Shown here piece by piece: positions 52,275-63,350 of a stretch of 64,000 nt of DNA. The stretch is from an uncultured Actinomycetota bacterium (GTDB lineage: Bacteria; Actinomycetota; Actinomycetes; CAVWCF01). The stretch is taken from NCBI GenBank assembly GCA_963753435.1, contig CAVWCF010000001.1:608001-672000 (forward strand). The letters run 5' to 3'. The position numbers and the translations under genes are program-made. The notes under the pieces were generated by a model. The model saw only the letters and a program-made list of their open reading frames with translations, did no database searches and was not told the origin of the DNA. Each line of letters starts with the position of its first letter. Position 1 is the first letter of the stretch.

Positions 52275-52868
52275 TCAGCCGTTGATCGTCGTCGGCTTGT
52301 GCGCCGGACGTCCGGCCTCGTAGGCGCTGATCAGGTCAGCGTGCCGCAGCGTGAGCGCGATGTCGTCCAGGCCCTCCATGAGCCGCCACCGGACGTAGTC
52401 GTCGATCTCGAAATCGGCGCTGATTTCGCCGGCCGACAGGGTGCGCGCATCCAGGTCCACGGTGATCTCGGTACTCGGCTGCGACTCGACCAGGTCCCAC
52501 AACTTCTCGACGACCGGCTGGTCGACCTGTGCGGTCAGCAGCCCCACCTTGCCGGCGTTGCCACGGAAGATGTCGGCGAAGCGCGACGACACGATCACGT
52601 GGAAGCCGTAGTCCTGCAACGCCCAGGTGGCGTGCTCCCTGGACGAGCCGGTCCCGAACTCCGGACCGGCGAGGAGGATGCTGGCCCCGCGGTACTGCGG
52701 CTGGTTAAGAACGAAGTCCGGCTCCTCCCGCCACTCTGCGAACAGCGCGTCCTCATAGCCGTGCCGGGTGATCCGCTTGAGGTAGTCCCCAGGGATGATC
52801 TGGTCGGTGTCGACGTTGCTGCGGCGCAACGGCACCGCCGTGCCTACATGCCGGATCAGCGCTTCCAT
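52275..52868 (-). CDS. leuD: 3-isopropylmalate dehydratase small subunit
   Basis: [35 protein letters not shown]; ATG 52868. Confidence 0.96.
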   Translation of the reverse strand: MEALIRHVGTAVPLRRSNVDTDQIIPGDYLKRITRHGYEDALFAEWREEPDFVLNQPQYRGASILLAGPEFGTGSSREHATWALQDYGFHVIVSSRFADIFRGNAGKVGLLTAQVDQPVVEKLWDLVESQPSTEITVDLDARTLSAGEISADFEIDDYVRWRLMEGLDDIALTLRHADLISAYEAGRPAHKPTTING

Positions 52869-52878
52869 GTTCGTCCTC

Positions 52879-54276
52879 TCACAGATCCGCGGGGGCGGCC
52901 AGATGTCCGGCCACGGCGCTGGCCGCCGCGACCGCCGGCGAGACCAGGTGCGTACGCGCACCGGGACCTTGCCGTCCTTCGAAGTTTCGGTTGGAGGTCG
53001 AGGCGCTGCGCTGGCCACGGCCGACCTTGTCCGGGTTCATGCCCATGCACATCGAGCAACCGGCCTGCCGCCATTGCGCCCCGGCGGCGACGAAGACTTT
53101 GTCGAGACCTTCGGCTTCGGCGGCTAGGCGGACACGAACCGAACCGGGGACCACCAGCATCTCCACTCCCGGTGCTACCGACCGGCCGCGCAGGACCTCC
53201 GCTGCGGCGCGCAGGTCCTCCAGTCGGCCGTTGGTGCAGGACCCGACGAATACCGTGTCCACGGAAACGTCTCGCATTGCCGTCCCCGGCTTGAGGTCCA
53301 TGTACTCCAGGGCCCGCTCCGCTGCAGCCCGATCCACCGCGTCGGAGAAGTCCTCCGGCGCCGGCACCGAACCCGACAACGGGACACCTTGGCCGGGGTT
53401 TGTGCCCCAGGTGACGAACGGCGTCAGCTCAGCGGCGTCGATGACCACCTCACGGTCGAAAGTTGCGTCCGCGTCGGTGGCCAACGTTCGCCAATAGGCA
53501 ACCGCTGCATCCCAGTCGGCCCCGGTGGGCGCATGTTCGCGGCCGCGCAGGTACTCGATCGTGGTGGCATCGGGGGCGATCATCCCGGCGCGCGCACCGG
53601 CCTCGATGCTCATGTTGCAGATGGTCATGCGCGCTTCCATGGACAGGGCGCGGATCGCTTCACCGCGGTACTCGATGACGTAGCCCTGCCCGCCACCGGT
53701 GCCGATGCGGGAGATGACGGTGAGGATGAGGTCCTTGGCGGTTACCCCGTCGGGGAGTTGGCCTTCGACCGTCACCGCCATGGTCTTGAAGGGCTTCAAG
53801 GGCAGCGTCTGCGTCGCCAGGACGTGCTCCACCTCGCTGGTGCCGATGCCGAACGCCAGCGCCCCGAACGCCCCGTGCGTTGCCGTGTGGCTATCCCCGC
53901 AGACCACCGTCATCCCCGGCTGCGTAAGCCCCAGCTGCGGACCGACCACGTGCACGATTCCCTGCTCCACGTTGCCTAGGGGGAACAGCGGCACGCCGAA
54001 GTCGGCGCAGTTGCGCCGCAGGGCCTCCACCTGGGCCCGCGACGTGGGATCGGCGATCGGCTTGTCGATGTCCAGCGTCGGGACGTTGTGGTCCTCAGTG
54101 GCCAGGGTGAGATCGGGGCGCCGCACCGGACGGCCCGCCGCGCGGAGACCGTCGTAGGCCTGCGGGCTGGTGACCTCGTGGGTGAGGTGCAGGTCGATGT
54201 AGATCAGGTCCGGCTCGCCTTCGGCCCGTCGGACCACGTGGTCGTCCCAGACCTTCTGCGCCATCGTGCGGCTCAT
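52879..54276 (-). CDS. leuC: 3-isopropylmalate dehydratase large subunit
   Basis: [48 protein letters not shown]; ATG 54276. Confidence 0.97.
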   Translation of the reverse strand: MSRTMAQKVWDDHVVRRAEGEPDLIYIDLHLTHEVTSPQAYDGLRAAGRPVRRPDLTLATEDHNVPTLDIDKPIADPTSRAQVEALRRNCADFGVPLFPLGNVEQGIVHVVGPQLGLTQPGMTVVCGDSHTATHGAFGALAFGIGTSEVEHVLATQTLPLKPFKTMAVTVEGQLPDGVTAKDLILTVISRIGTGGGQGYVIEYRGEAIRALSMEARMTICNMSIEAGARAGMIAPDATTIEYLRGREHAPTGADWDAAVAYWRTLATDADATFDREVVIDAAELTPFVTWGTNPGQGVPLSGSVPAPEDFSDAVDRAAAERALEYMDLKPGTAMRDVSVDTVFVGSCTNGRLEDLRAAAEVLRGRSVAPGVEMLVVPGSVRVRLAAEAEGLDKVFVAAGAQWRQAGCSMCMGMNPDKVGRGQRSASTSNRNFEGRQGPGARTHLVSPAVAAASAVAGHLAAPADL

Positions 54277-54318
54277 CGGCCTTCCTCTCCTCGCCAGTGG
54301 GGGCTCACCCGCAGGTGG

Positions 54319-54347
54319 TTGCATCTCGGAATGCGAGACGGCAGTAT
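54319..54347 (+). promoter_or_regulatory. Leaderless promoter with a 15-bp palindromic operator (NdgR/LtbR-type) between leuC and the IclR gene
   Basis: TTGCAT (54319-24), N17, CAGTAT (54342-47), 6 nt, GTG 54354; TCTCG-GAATG-CGAGA at 54324-54338. Confidence 0.65.
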
Positions 54348-54353
54348 CGCTAC

Positions 54354-55067
54354 GTGGACAATTCTAGCGGAGTGGGTGTCCTGGACAAGGCCGCCCTCCT
54401 CCTCAGCACCCTGGAGGCGGGCCCGCAGAGTCTGGCGGGCCTGGTCGCAGCGACCGGGCTGGCCCGACCGACCGCCCATCGGCTGGCGACGGCCCTGGAG
54501 CACCACCGCCTGGTTTCCAGGGATCTGCAGGGCCGGTTCGTCCTCGGCCCGCGAATGGCCGAGCTCGCGGCCGCGGCTGGCGAGGACCGACTCCTGGCCG
54601 CCGCCGGACCCGTCCTGACCGCACTTCGCGACGTGACGAACGAGTCCGCACAGGTGTACCGGCGCCAGGGAGACATGCGTGTGTGCGTTGCCAGCGTGGA
54701 GCGGCAGTCCGGCCTGCGCGACTCCGTGCCGATCGGGGCCACATTGACGATGCGCGCCGGGTCGGCGGCTCAGGTCCTGCTGGCGTGGGAGGAACCCGAC
54801 CGCGTCCATCAGGGACTCAAGGGCTCGCGATTCACCGCAGCGGCCCTGGCTGGCGTACGCAAGCGTGGCTGGGCGCAGAGCGTCGGGGAGCGGGAGGCCG
54901 GCGTGGCGTCCGTCTCGGCGCCGGTACGGGGCCCGGGGGGTCGGGTGGTTGCGGCCATCTCCATCAGCGGACCCATCGAGCGGTTGACCAGGGCCCCCGG
55001 TCGCGTGCACGCCGCAGTGATCCTTGATGCCGCCCGCCAACTGGCGGATGCGCTGCGCGCCGGCTAG
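54354..55067 (+). CDS. ndgR: IclR family regulator NdgR/LtbR
   Basis: [48 protein letters not shown]; divergent from leuCD. Confidence 0.88.
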   Translation: MDNSSGVGVLDKAALLLSTLEAGPQSLAGLVAATGLARPTAHRLATALEHHRLVSRDLQGRFVLGPRMAELAAAAGEDRLLAAAGPVLTALRDVTNESAQVYRRQGDMRVCVASVERQSGLRDSVPIGATLTMRAGSAAQVLLAWEEPDRVHQGLKGSRFTAAALAGVRKRGWAQSVGEREAGVASVSAPVRGPGGRVVAAISISGPIERLTRAPGRVHAAVILDAARQLADALRAG

Positions 55068-57367
55068 GCGCAGGGGGTGAAGGCGACCGCGCTGTCCGGA
55101 AGCACCGCGGCAGCCCCGAGCGCCACGACGGTATTAGCGCCCGTTCGGGACTTCACCGCGACGTTCGACGCCGGGACGCAATCACCTTTTGCCAGCAGAA
55201 CCGGACCGCCGTTGACGCTGGCCACCGGCCCGCCGGCCAACGCGTCCGGGAAGTTCGTTCCGGTGGCCAGGACTACGGACGGCCTCGCGCCCGGGAAGGC
55301 GTAGTTCGCGATGGCGGCCGCCGTCGCGAATCGGTCCGAACCGGCCAGCCTGGTAACCGCGCCGGTCGTGTAGCCGGACAGTTGAGTAGCCACCCCGGTC
55401 CCCACCACGGAGGAACCGCCCAGCACCACGATCCGCTGGGGCTTGAGCACCTGCAACGCGGTCACCGTCGCCGCCGGCAGCGCGGTGGCGGTCGCCAGCA
55501 GTAGTGGCCCGCCCTGCGCTGCCGCGGCCGGCGCCCCGGCGAGGGCGTCGGGGAAGTTCTGGCCCGTTGCGACGTAGGCGACCGGCACTGGTCCCGCGAA
55601 GGAGGCCATCGCCGCTGCGGCCGCGGTGGCATACCGGTCGGCCCCGGCGAGCCGCTGCACCGGACCCGTGGTGAAGGCCTGCAGTTGCCCGAGCAGGCTG
55701 TCCGGGATGACGCCGCTCGACCCCAGAACGACGATTCGCCGCGGACTCAGCCGCCACAGCTCGTAGCCCACCGAGGTGGGCATCGTGCCGCCGTTCACCA
55801 GCAGCACCGGACCTCCGAGGCGCCCAGCCAACGGGCCGGCGGCCAAGGCATCGGGGAAGTTGCCACCGGTCGCGATGTAGGCAACCGGGACACCCGAAGC
55901 GAAGGTCCGAGCGCTGGCCACGGCCGCGGTGTCGTAGCGCGTGGGCCCGTCGAAGCGGTCGCCCGGCGCGGTGGCCACTGTGGCGGGGGCCGGGTTCGGT
56001 GGACGGACGGCGCTCAGAGCCGCAGCGACGTTCAGCCGGCCACCACTGGCAACCTGACCGAACCACGCCGGCGACGCGTCCACGGTCGTCAACAACGCAC
56101 TCCGCAGTTGGCCGGCAGTCAGCGTTGGCGCAGCGGACTTCAACAGGACCGCAGCGCCGGCAACGTGCGGGGCGGCCATGGACGTGCCCTGGTAGTACGC
56201 ATAGCCACCGCCGACCACCGTGCTCAGCACGCTGACGCCGGGTGCGGCCAGGTCCACGCTGCGCCCGTAGTTGCTGAAGGAGGCACGCCCGCCGCCCTGC
56301 GTAGACGCAGCGACACAGACCACGTTGGCACGGTTCAGGTTGCAGGGGAACCAGGGCTGAGTGTCATTGCTGGTCCCGGAGTTGCCGGCGGCGGCCACGA
56401 CCAGGAGGTTCGGCGAGTCGGCGATCGCATCGTCGATCACTGGACTGAACTGATCACTGCCCAAGCTCATGTTGACGAGGTCCGCGCCCATGATGCGCGA
56501 GTAGATGATCGAGTTGGCGAGCGCGTAGTCCGGTAGCCCGCAAAGATCCTCGTCGTAGGCGTCCAGCGCGATCAGTCGTACGTCCCACGCGACACCGGCC
56601 ACGCCGACGGAATTGTTGCCGCGCGCCCCGATGGTTCCGGCTACGTGCGTGCCGTGGCTTTGCCCGCTGAACAGACATCCGGCATCCGACTCGGGCCTCG
56701 GGTCCGCGTCCCAGTCGGCGAAGTCGAAGCCGAAGATGTCGTCGGTTACGCCGTTGCCGTCATCGTCCACACCGGTGACTCCGGACTGCTCGACGGGATT
56801 AACCCACCGGTTGGCCGCCAGGTCCGGGTGCAGGTAGTCGATGCCGGTGTCGATCACACCCACGGTGACGCTGCCGTCGCCGGTTTCGAAGTCCCAGGCG
56901 GAAGGAGCGTCGATGTCGTTGGCGCCGTTGCCCAGCGGCCACTGAGACCCGTAAGCGGAGTCGTTCGGGGTCTTGGTGAGCGAGTACAGCACGCTTGGTT
57001 CGGCGTAGACCACGTCGGCTCGCCGGCCCAGGCCAGCGGCTACCGCTGCGGCCTGACCCGGTTTGGTGCGCACAACCTCAACCAGTGGCAGGTTCGTTTC
57101 CTGTAGCAGAGTGGCTCCCGCAGCAGCCCTGGCCTGCGCCCGCCGGGACGGAGAGGTCCCCGGCTCGAAGCGGACAACGACCCGATCGCTCAGGACTCGG
57201 GACTGTGCATCGCGAGCCGGACCTTGACCAGTGCTCGGGGCCTGACCTGGTTCGGTGTCGGCCACCGCGGCTGGGGCAGTTGGCAGCAGTAGCGCGGCGG
57301 AAGCGACCAGCGCGGGCAATACGACCGACCGCCGGCGGGTCCGGAGCCACTGGGCGGACTGCCACAT
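55064..57367 (-). CDS. Secreted S8 (subtilisin-like) protease with three C-terminal CWB2 cell-wall-binding repeats
   Basis: Signal peptide, prodomain, triad VIDTG / HGTHVAG / GTSMAAP, three R.AG..RY.TA...ATG.NFPDALA...GGP.LL repeats. Confidence 0.9.
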   Translation of the reverse strand: MWQSAQWLRTRRRSVVLPALVASAALLLPTAPAAVADTEPGQAPSTGQGPARDAQSRVLSDRVVVRFEPGTSPSRRAQARAAAGATLLQETNLPLVEVVRTKPGQAAAVAAGLGRRADVVYAEPSVLYSLTKTPNDSAYGSQWPLGNGANDIDAPSAWDFETGDGSVTVGVIDTGIDYLHPDLAANRWVNPVEQSGVTGVDDDGNGVTDDIFGFDFADWDADPRPESDAGCLFSGQSHGTHVAGTIGARGNNSVGVAGVAWDVRLIALDAYDEDLCGLPDYALANSIIYSRIMGADLVNMSLGSDQFSPVIDDAIADSPNLLVVAAAGNSGTSNDTQPWFPCNLNRANVVCVAASTQGGGRASFSNYGRSVDLAAPGVSVLSTVVGGGYAYYQGTSMAAPHVAGAAVLLKSAAPTLTAGQLRSALLTTVDASPAWFGQVASGGRLNVAAALSAVRPPNPAPATVATAPGDRFDGPTRYDTAAVASARTFASGVPVAYIATGGNFPDALAAGPLAGRLGGPVLLVNGGTMPTSVGYELWRLSPRRIVVLGSSGVIPDSLLGQLQAFTTGPVQRLAGADRYATAAAAAMASFAGPVPVAYVATGQNFPDALAGAPAAAAQGGPLLLATATALPAATVTALQVLKPQRIVVLGGSSVVGTGVATQLSGYTTGAVTRLAGSDRFATAAAIANYAFPGARPSVVLATGTNFPDALAGGPVASVNGGPVLLAKGDCVPASNVAVKSRTGANTVVALGAAAVLPDSAVAFTPCA

Positions 57368-57483
57368 GAACCGGGGACGGTACCTGCAGTTCGCTCCCGT
57401 TTCATCCCCAAGCATGAGCGCAGGATCCCATTTGGCACACGGACAGCGATCGTCCGAACGGGCGAGTTGGCAGGTCACCGCTG

Positions 57484-57521
57484 AGAAGAAGACGAGGCCC
57501 TCGCCATTGGCGAGGGCCTCG
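57484..57521 (-). terminator. Intrinsic terminator after tRNA-Glu
   Basis: Perfect inverted repeat CGAGGCCCTCGCCA-T-TGGCGAGGGCCTCG followed on the minus strand by TCTTCTTCTC. Confidence 0.8.
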
Positions 57522-57525
57522 GTCG

Positions 57526-57598
57526 TAGCCCCGACGGGATTCGAACCCGCGCTACCGCCTTGAGAGGGCGGCGTGCTAGGCCGCTACACAACGGGGCC
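57526..57598 (-). tRNA. tRNA-Glu (CTC)
   Basis: GGCCCCG acceptor, anticodon arm CCGCC-CT-CTC-AA-GGCGG, GGTTCGAATCC; CCA not encoded. Confidence 0.96.
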
Positions 57599-57666
57599 GA
57601 GTCGGTGCTGACGCACCGGAGTGCGGAACGGTACCCCACACGGATGTTTGGGAACCACTCCAACAG

Positions 57667-57738
57667 CTGGGGTACCAGGACTCGAACCTAGACTAACTGG
57701 GCCAGAACCAGTCGGGCTGCCAATTACCCCATACCCCA
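57667..57738 (-). tRNA. tRNA-Gln (CTG)
   Basis: TGGGGTA acceptor, ACTGG-TT-CTG-GC-CCAGT, GGTTCGAGTCC; CCA not encoded. Confidence 0.96.
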
Positions 57739-57774
57739 TCGGTGCCAGGCACCGACCGCGAACTATACCCCGGC

Positions 57775-59298
57775 TTACGCAGGCTCCAGACGCGCCAACA
57801 GCGCGCGCAGCCGCGTGCGCGTGACCTCCGCGCCGAGCAACTCCAGCGACTCGAACAGCGGCGGTGAGACCCGCCGGCCGCAGACCGCAACCCGGACCGG
57901 CGTGAATGCATTGCGTGGCTTCAGCCCCAGGCCTTCGATGAGGGCGGTGCGTAGCGCGGCTTCGATCGACTCCGTTGACCACGCGATGTCGGCCAGGGCC
58001 GCATCAGCGGCGCGCAGCACCGCGGCAGCGTCATCGCCCAGGGACTCGACTGCGTCATCGTCCGGAGCGAAGCCGTCGCTGGCGAACAGGAAGCCCACCA
58101 TGCCGGGGGCCTCCGACAGCACCGTCATCCGCTCCGAAACCAACGGCGTCACCGCCCGCAGCAGACTGAGCTGGTCCTGGCCGGGATCGGCCGGAAGCAG
58201 GCCGTCGCGCTGCAGGAAAGGCACAATTCGTGCGGCCAAGTCGTCGACGTCCAGGCGCCGGATCCAGTCGGCGTTGATGGCCCGGGCCTTCTTGTAATCG
58301 AAGCGCGCCGGACTCGGATTCACCCTGGAGATGTCGAAGGCCTCAGCCATCTCCGCCATGCTGAAGATGTCCCGGTCCTCCGCGATCGCCCAGCCCAGCA
58401 GCGCCAGGTAGTTGAGCAGTCCTTCAGGGATGAAGCCCTCGTCGCGGTACAGGTTCAGTGACGACTGCGGGTCGCGCTTGGACAGCTTCTTGTTGCCCTC
58501 CCCCATGACGTACGGCAGATGCCCGAAGGCCGGTATCGATCCGTCCCCTACACCTATCTGCCCGAGGATCCCGTACATCACGATCTGCCGCGGGGTGCTG
58601 GAAAGCAGGTCCTCGCCGCGGAGCACCTGCTTGATCTGCATGAGGACGTCGTCCACCGGGTTCACCAGCGTGTACAGCGGCTCACCGTTGCTGCGCACGA
58701 TCACGAAGTCGGGGATCTGCTGACCGTCGAAGCGCAGTGGGCCGCGAACCAGGTCGTCCCAGGTGATCTCGCCGTCGGGCATTCGCACGCGCACGACCGC
58801 CGGTCGGTCGACGACCGCGGCCAACTGTTCGTCGGTCAGGTCCCGGCAGTGCCCGTCGTAGCCCGGCGGGCGACCGGCAGCGCGCGCGGCTTCACGCCGT
58901 TCCTCAAGTTCCTCCTGGGTGCAGAAGCAGCGGTACGCCAACCCCGCCTCCAGCAGCCGACGGGCAATGTCGGCGTAGCTGTCCATGCGCTCGCTTTGCC
59001 GGTACGGGCCCAGCGGCCCGCCCACAAGCGGCCCCTCATCCCAGTCCAGGCGCAACCAGCGCATGGCTTGGATGAGTTGCTCGTAGGACTCCTCGGTGTC
59101 CCGGGCGGAATCGGTGTCTTCGATCCGGAAGACGAACGTCCCGCCGGTGTGTCGCGCGTGCGCCCAGTTGAACAGCGCCGTGCGCACCATGCCGACATGC
59201 GGATTGCCCGTCGGGGACGGACAGAACCGCACCCGGACGGAATCGTTGGATTGCCGCGCCGGGACGCCCACTCCGTCCAGAGGCCAGGACTCAGTCAT
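57775..59298 (-). CDS. gltX: Glutamate--tRNA ligase
   Basis: [47 protein letters not shown]. Confidence 0.96.
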   Translation of the reverse strand: MTESWPLDGVGVPARQSNDSVRVRFCPSPTGNPHVGMVRTALFNWAHARHTGGTFVFRIEDTDSARDTEESYEQLIQAMRWLRLDWDEGPLVGGPLGPYRQSERMDSYADIARRLLEAGLAYRCFCTQEELEERREAARAAGRPPGYDGHCRDLTDEQLAAVVDRPAVVRVRMPDGEITWDDLVRGPLRFDGQQIPDFVIVRSNGEPLYTLVNPVDDVLMQIKQVLRGEDLLSSTPRQIVMYGILGQIGVGDGSIPAFGHLPYVMGEGNKKLSKRDPQSSLNLYRDEGFIPEGLLNYLALLGWAIAEDRDIFSMAEMAEAFDISRVNPSPARFDYKKARAINADWIRRLDVDDLAARIVPFLQRDGLLPADPGQDQLSLLRAVTPLVSERMTVLSEAPGMVGFLFASDGFAPDDDAVESLGDDAAAVLRAADAALADIAWSTESIEAALRTALIEGLGLKPRNAFTPVRVAVCGRRVSPPLFESLELLGAEVTRTRLRALLARLEPA

Positions 59299-60058
59299 CT
59301 GCCACCACCGGATTGCGCAAGGCACCCAGCCCTTCGATAGTCACGTTGACGGTATTGCCGGCCACCAGTGGACCGACCCCCGCCGGAGTACCGGTGAGCA
59401 GCACGTCCCCGGGCAGCAGCGTCATCACCGCTGACGCCGCGGCCACCAACTCAGCGACGGAACGGAGCATTGCGGCGGTGCGGCCGTCCTGAACCACTTG
59501 GCCGTCGACCTCGCAGACGATTCGCAGATCCGTGGGGTCGATCTCCGTGTCGATCCAAGGCCCTAGGGGTGCGAAAGTGTCAAAGCCCTTAGCGCGCGTC
59601 CACTGACCGTCACCGCGCTGGAAATCACGGGCGGTCACATCATTGGCGCAAGTGAAACCCAGGATCACCGCGGCGGCGTTCTCAACCGGCACCCGGCGGC
59701 AGAGCCGGCCGATCACCACAGCGAGTTCGGCCTCGTAGTGGACCTCGGTGGACTCCGGCGGCAGGACGATCGGGTCCCCGGGACCGATCACCGCCGTGGA
59801 CGGCTTCAGGAAGAAGAGCGGCTCCGCGGGTGGCTCCGATCCCATCTCCCGCGCGTGGTCGGCGTAGTTCTTGCCGACCCCGACGATCTTGCTGGGCAGC
59901 ACCGGAGCGAGCAGTCGGACGTCGGCGCGCGGGAACCGCGCCGTGGAGAGGCTGAACGGACCGAACGGGTGGCCGTCGATGGCCACCACGGTCTCGCCGT
60001 CGCCTTCTACGACTCCGAAGGCGACTTGGTCTGCAACTGAGAAGCGGCAGATCCGCAT
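59291..60058 (-). CDS. Fumarylacetoacetate hydrolase family protein
   Basis: [50 protein letters not shown]; ATG 60058. Confidence 0.92.
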   Translation of the reverse strand: MRICRFSVADQVAFGVVEGDGETVVAIDGHPFGPFSLSTARFPRADVRLLAPVLPSKIVGVGKNYADHAREMGSEPPAEPLFFLKPSTAVIGPGDPIVLPPESTEVHYEAELAVVIGRLCRRVPVENAAAVILGFTCANDVTARDFQRGDGQWTRAKGFDTFAPLGPWIDTEIDPTDLRIVCEVDGQVVQDGRTAAMLRSVAELVAAASAVMTLLPGDVLLTGTPAGVGPLVAGNTVNVTIEGLGALRNPVVADD

Positions 60059-60162
60059 GCTGGCCCTCCCAGGTCGGCGCACCCGGGGCGCCTGCTGCGG
60101 CCGGATGGCCGCGTCGGAGGACAATACGGGAGGCCAGGACTGACTTACGGACGTGCGAGGGG

Positions 60163-61182
60163 GTGGCCGTGCCGGACCTACGACTGTCGCGCCGCAGCCT
60201 GCGCCTGATCGCGGGCGCCACTGCCATCGTCGGGATCGTCCTGGGCGGTGCGGCGGCGTCGTTGTCCAGCACCGCAGCGCCGGCAGCAATATCGGGAGGG
60301 GACATCGAGGAAGCAGCACCGGTCGCCGCTGGCGGCGCGAGTGACCCATCGGCTGCGTCGGCGTCGCCACTGCCCCTGCAGGTGGGCGCCGGCGCCGACG
60401 TCTTGGTGCTGGGAGATTCCCTGGCGGTCGCCCTCTACCCATACCTGGGAACGCAGATGCCGGACCGGCGGGTCACCTACGCCGCGCAAGAAGGTCGGGC
60501 CACGGCCTGGGCCGCAACCCGACTGGCGGAGGAGTTGCGCCGCGGCGGCGTGCCCCGGGTGGTCGTGGTCTCCTCCGGTACCAACGATGGCGGCGACGCG
60601 GAGGCGTTCCGCGGCAACGCCGAGCGCCTCCTGGACCGCGCCGGTGCGGACCGATGCGTGGTCTGGCTGACCGTGCACGTGCCGGACGAGGAGGCGCGCG
60701 CGGGCATCAATGCGCAGATTCAGCGTCTGGGTGAGCGCGACAACGTAGCGATCGCCGACTGGGCCGGCGCCGTGGCGCAGAACCCCAACCTGCTGATCGG
60801 CGATCGCGTGCATGCAACTGCCGCGGGTCTACAGGTGCGCGCGGAACTCATCGCCGACGCCGTGCATCGCTGCTCCCCGTTCGATCCCGACGCACCGCCA
60901 CCGGCCTACGTCCCGCCCCCGACCGACACGCGGATGCCGGGGGGCACAAGCGGATCAGGCTGGAGCTCGACGCCCGCTACCGGCTCGGCCGAATCCGCGG
61001 GTTCGCCGCAGCCCAGCCCTAGCGGCTCCAGCGATGCGGGAACGCCCAGTGAATCTGAAACGGGCGGGTCGGGAACGGCAACACCGTCGGCATCGGCTCC
61101 AGCCAGCACCCCGGCGCCCAGCACTTCCGCGCCTAGCCCGGCCGGCAATTCGAGCCCGTCCGGTCCGGCGTCCGGGGGCTGA
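60163..61182 (+). CDS. Exported SGNH/GDSL-family protein with Ser/Pro/Gly-rich tail
   Basis: N-terminal TM/signal, VLGDSL, GTND, DRVH (DxxH). Confidence 0.8.
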   Translation: MAVPDLRLSRRSLRLIAGATAIVGIVLGGAAASLSSTAAPAAISGGDIEEAAPVAAGGASDPSAASASPLPLQVGAGADVLVLGDSLAVALYPYLGTQMPDRRVTYAAQEGRATAWAATRLAEELRRGGVPRVVVVSSGTNDGGDAEAFRGNAERLLDRAGADRCVVWLTVHVPDEEARAGINAQIQRLGERDNVAIADWAGAVAQNPNLLIGDRVHATAAGLQVRAELIADAVHRCSPFDPDAPPPAYVPPPTDTRMPGGTSGSGWSSTPATGSAESAGSPQPSPSGSSDAGTPSESETGGSGTATPSASAPASTPAPSTSAPSPAGNSSPSGPASGG

Positions 61183-61186
61183 GCCT

Positions 61187-62290
61187 TCAGGCGGACGCGG
61201 GGACGAGCGTGCGCATCCAGCCGTGACTGTCCGCAGCGACCCCGGTCTGGATGTCCAGCAGCGCCTGGCGGAGTTGGCTCGTGACCGGGCCCGGTTGGCC
61301 ATCGCCGATCTGGAACTCCCCGGACTCGGACTTGACCGTGCCCACCGGAGTGATCACTGCCGCAGTCCCACAGGCGAAGACCTCGGTGATTTCGCCCGAC
61401 TCAACCGCCGCAGCCCACTCGTCAGTGGAGATCCGCCCCTCGGCGACTGCCAGCCCGTGGTCACCGGCCAACGTGAGCAGCGAATCCCTCGTGATGCCCG
61501 GCAGCAAGGTGCCGGTGAGCTCCGGCGTGAACAAGCGGGCAGAAGGACCGGAACCGAAGACGAAGTAGAGGTTCATCCCACCCATCTCCTCCACCCAGCG
61601 GTGTTCGGCCGCGTCCAGCCACACCACCTGATCGCACCCCTGCTCAGCGGCCTGGGCCTGCGCGATCAGCGACGCCGCGTAGTTGCCCGCGCACTTGGCC
61701 TCACCGGTGCCGCCGGGGGCGGCCCGGGTGTATTCGGTGGACAGCCAGACGCTCACGGGCTTGACGCCCTTGGCGAAGTAGGGACCGGCGGGGCTGGCGA
61801 TCAGCAGGTACTGGCACGCCGATGCGGGCTTGACTCCTAGCCCGACCTCAGTGGCCAGCATGAACGGGCGCAGGTAAAGGCTGCGCTCGGCGCCGCTGGG
61901 CACCCACTCGGCGTCGGCCGCAACCAGCGCCGACAGGGAGTCCAAGAACAGTTCCTCCGGCAGTTCCGGCATCGCCAGCCGCCGCGCGCTGCGATTGAAG
62001 CGCGCCGCATTCGCCTCCGGTCGGAACGAGGCGATAGCGCCGTCGGTTTGCCGATAGGCCTTCAGCCCTTCGAAGATCTCCTGGCCGTAGTGCAAGGCCA
62101 TCGTCGCCGGGTCCAGCGACAGTGGGCCGTAGGGCACCAGTTCCGCGTCATGCCAGCCGAGCTCGGTCGACCAATGAGCAGTGACCATGTGGTCGGTGAA
62201 CCGTCGGCCGAAGCCCGGGTCAGCGAGAATCGCCTCACGCTCAGCTTCGGCAAGCGGGTTCGAGGTCGGCTTGAGGGCGATGACTGTCAC
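61187..62290 (-). CDS. ilvE: Branched-chain amino acid aminotransferase
   Basis: [52 protein letters not shown]; GTG 62290. Confidence 0.95.
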   Translation of the reverse strand: MTVIALKPTSNPLAEAEREAILADPGFGRRFTDHMVTAHWSTELGWHDAELVPYGPLSLDPATMALHYGQEIFEGLKAYRQTDGAIASFRPEANAARFNRSARRLAMPELPEELFLDSLSALVAADAEWVPSGAERSLYLRPFMLATEVGLGVKPASACQYLLIASPAGPYFAKGVKPVSVWLSTEYTRAAPGGTGEAKCAGNYAASLIAQAQAAEQGCDQVVWLDAAEHRWVEEMGGMNLYFVFGSGPSARLFTPELTGTLLPGITRDSLLTLAGDHGLAVAEGRISTDEWAAAVESGEITEVFACGTAAVITPVGTVKSESGEFQIGDGQPGPVTSQLRQALLDIQTGVAADSHGWMRTLVPASA

Positions 62291-62303
62291 GGAACCTCCC
62301 GGC

Positions 62304-63350
62304 CTAGTTCGCTGCTTCCAGCAGCGCGGACACGACCGCGTCACCGGTTTGCTCGGTAGTGCGCTCGCTATCGCGGCGCTGTAGGTCGGCCACAACGGCG
62401 GCCTCCACCGCCGCTGCCGCGTCGGCATGCCCGCAGTGCTGCAGGAGCATCGCCAACGACAGGATGCACGCCGTGGGATCGGCGATGCCACGACCGGCGA
62501 TGTCCGGAGCCGACCCGTGGACCGGCTCGAACATGCTCGGGTTCGCGCCGGAAGCGTCGATGCTGCCACTGGCGGCCAGTCCGATCCCGCCGGCGACGGC
62601 CGCTCCGATGTCGGTCAGCACGTCGCCGAACAGGTTGTCGGTGACGACCACGTCGAAGCGCTCCGGGTTCGTCATGAAGTGCATCGCCGCGGCGTCCACG
62701 TGCGCGTAATCGACGGCGACCTCCGGGTACTCCGCCCCGACCTCGTCGACGATGCGGCGCCACATGGCTCCGGCATGGACCAGCACGTTCGCCTTGTGCA
62801 CCAGGGTCAGGTGGCGGCGGCGTCGCATGGCGCGAGCGAAGGCGTCGCGCACGACTCGCTCGACGCCGTACGCGGTGTTGATGCTCTCCTCGGTCGCAAC
62901 CTCGTGCGGGGTACCCGTGCGGATCGACCCGCCGGCGCCGACGTAGGGCCCCTCGGTGCCTTCACGCACCACCACCAGGTCCACGCGGTCCGGCGTCAAC
63001 CCGGCCACCGGCGTGGCCACGCCCGGGTACAGCCGTACCGGGCGCAGGTTGACGTGGTGATCCAGGGCGAACCGCAGCCGCAGCAGCATCCCGCGCTCCA
63101 GCAGTCCCGGCGGCACCCGCGGGTCACCAACCGCACCGAACAAGATCACGTCCTGTTCGCGCAGTTCGGCGAGCACCGAATCCGGAAGCACTTCGCCGGT
63201 GCGGTCGTAGATGCGCCAGCCGAGGTCGTACTCGGTGCGGTCGGTCTTGACGCCGAAACGGGACTCGACGGCGTCAAGCACCTTGAGCGCCTGGGGGACG
63301 ACCTCCTGCCCGATCCCGTCGCCGGGGACAACGGCCAGCCGGGTCATCAC
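62304..63350 (-). CDS. leuB: 3-isopropylmalate dehydrogenase
   Basis: [37 protein letters not shown]. Confidence 0.95.
   Translation of the reverse strand: MMTRLAVVPGDGIGQEVVPQALKVLDAVESRFGVKTDRTEYDLGWRIYDRTGEVLPDSVLAELREQDVILFGAVGDPRVPPGLLERGMLLRLRFALDHHVNLRPVRLYPGVATPVAGLTPDRVDLVVVREGTEGPYVGAGGSIRTGTPHEVATEESINTAYGVERVVRDAFARAMRRRRHLTLVHKANVLVHAGAMWRRIVDEVGAEYPEVAVDYAHVDAAAMHFMTNPERFDVVVTDNLFGDVLTDIGAAVAGGIGLAASGSIDASGANPSMFEPVHGSAPDIAGRGIADPTACILSLAMLLQHCGHADAAAAVEAAVVADLQRRDSERTTEQTGDAVVSALLEAAN

Noticed and set aside
55064-57598. Genomic island integrated at tRNA-Glu
   Set aside because: No duplicated tRNA 3' end, no integrase and no obvious composition shift; at most a single-gene insertion.
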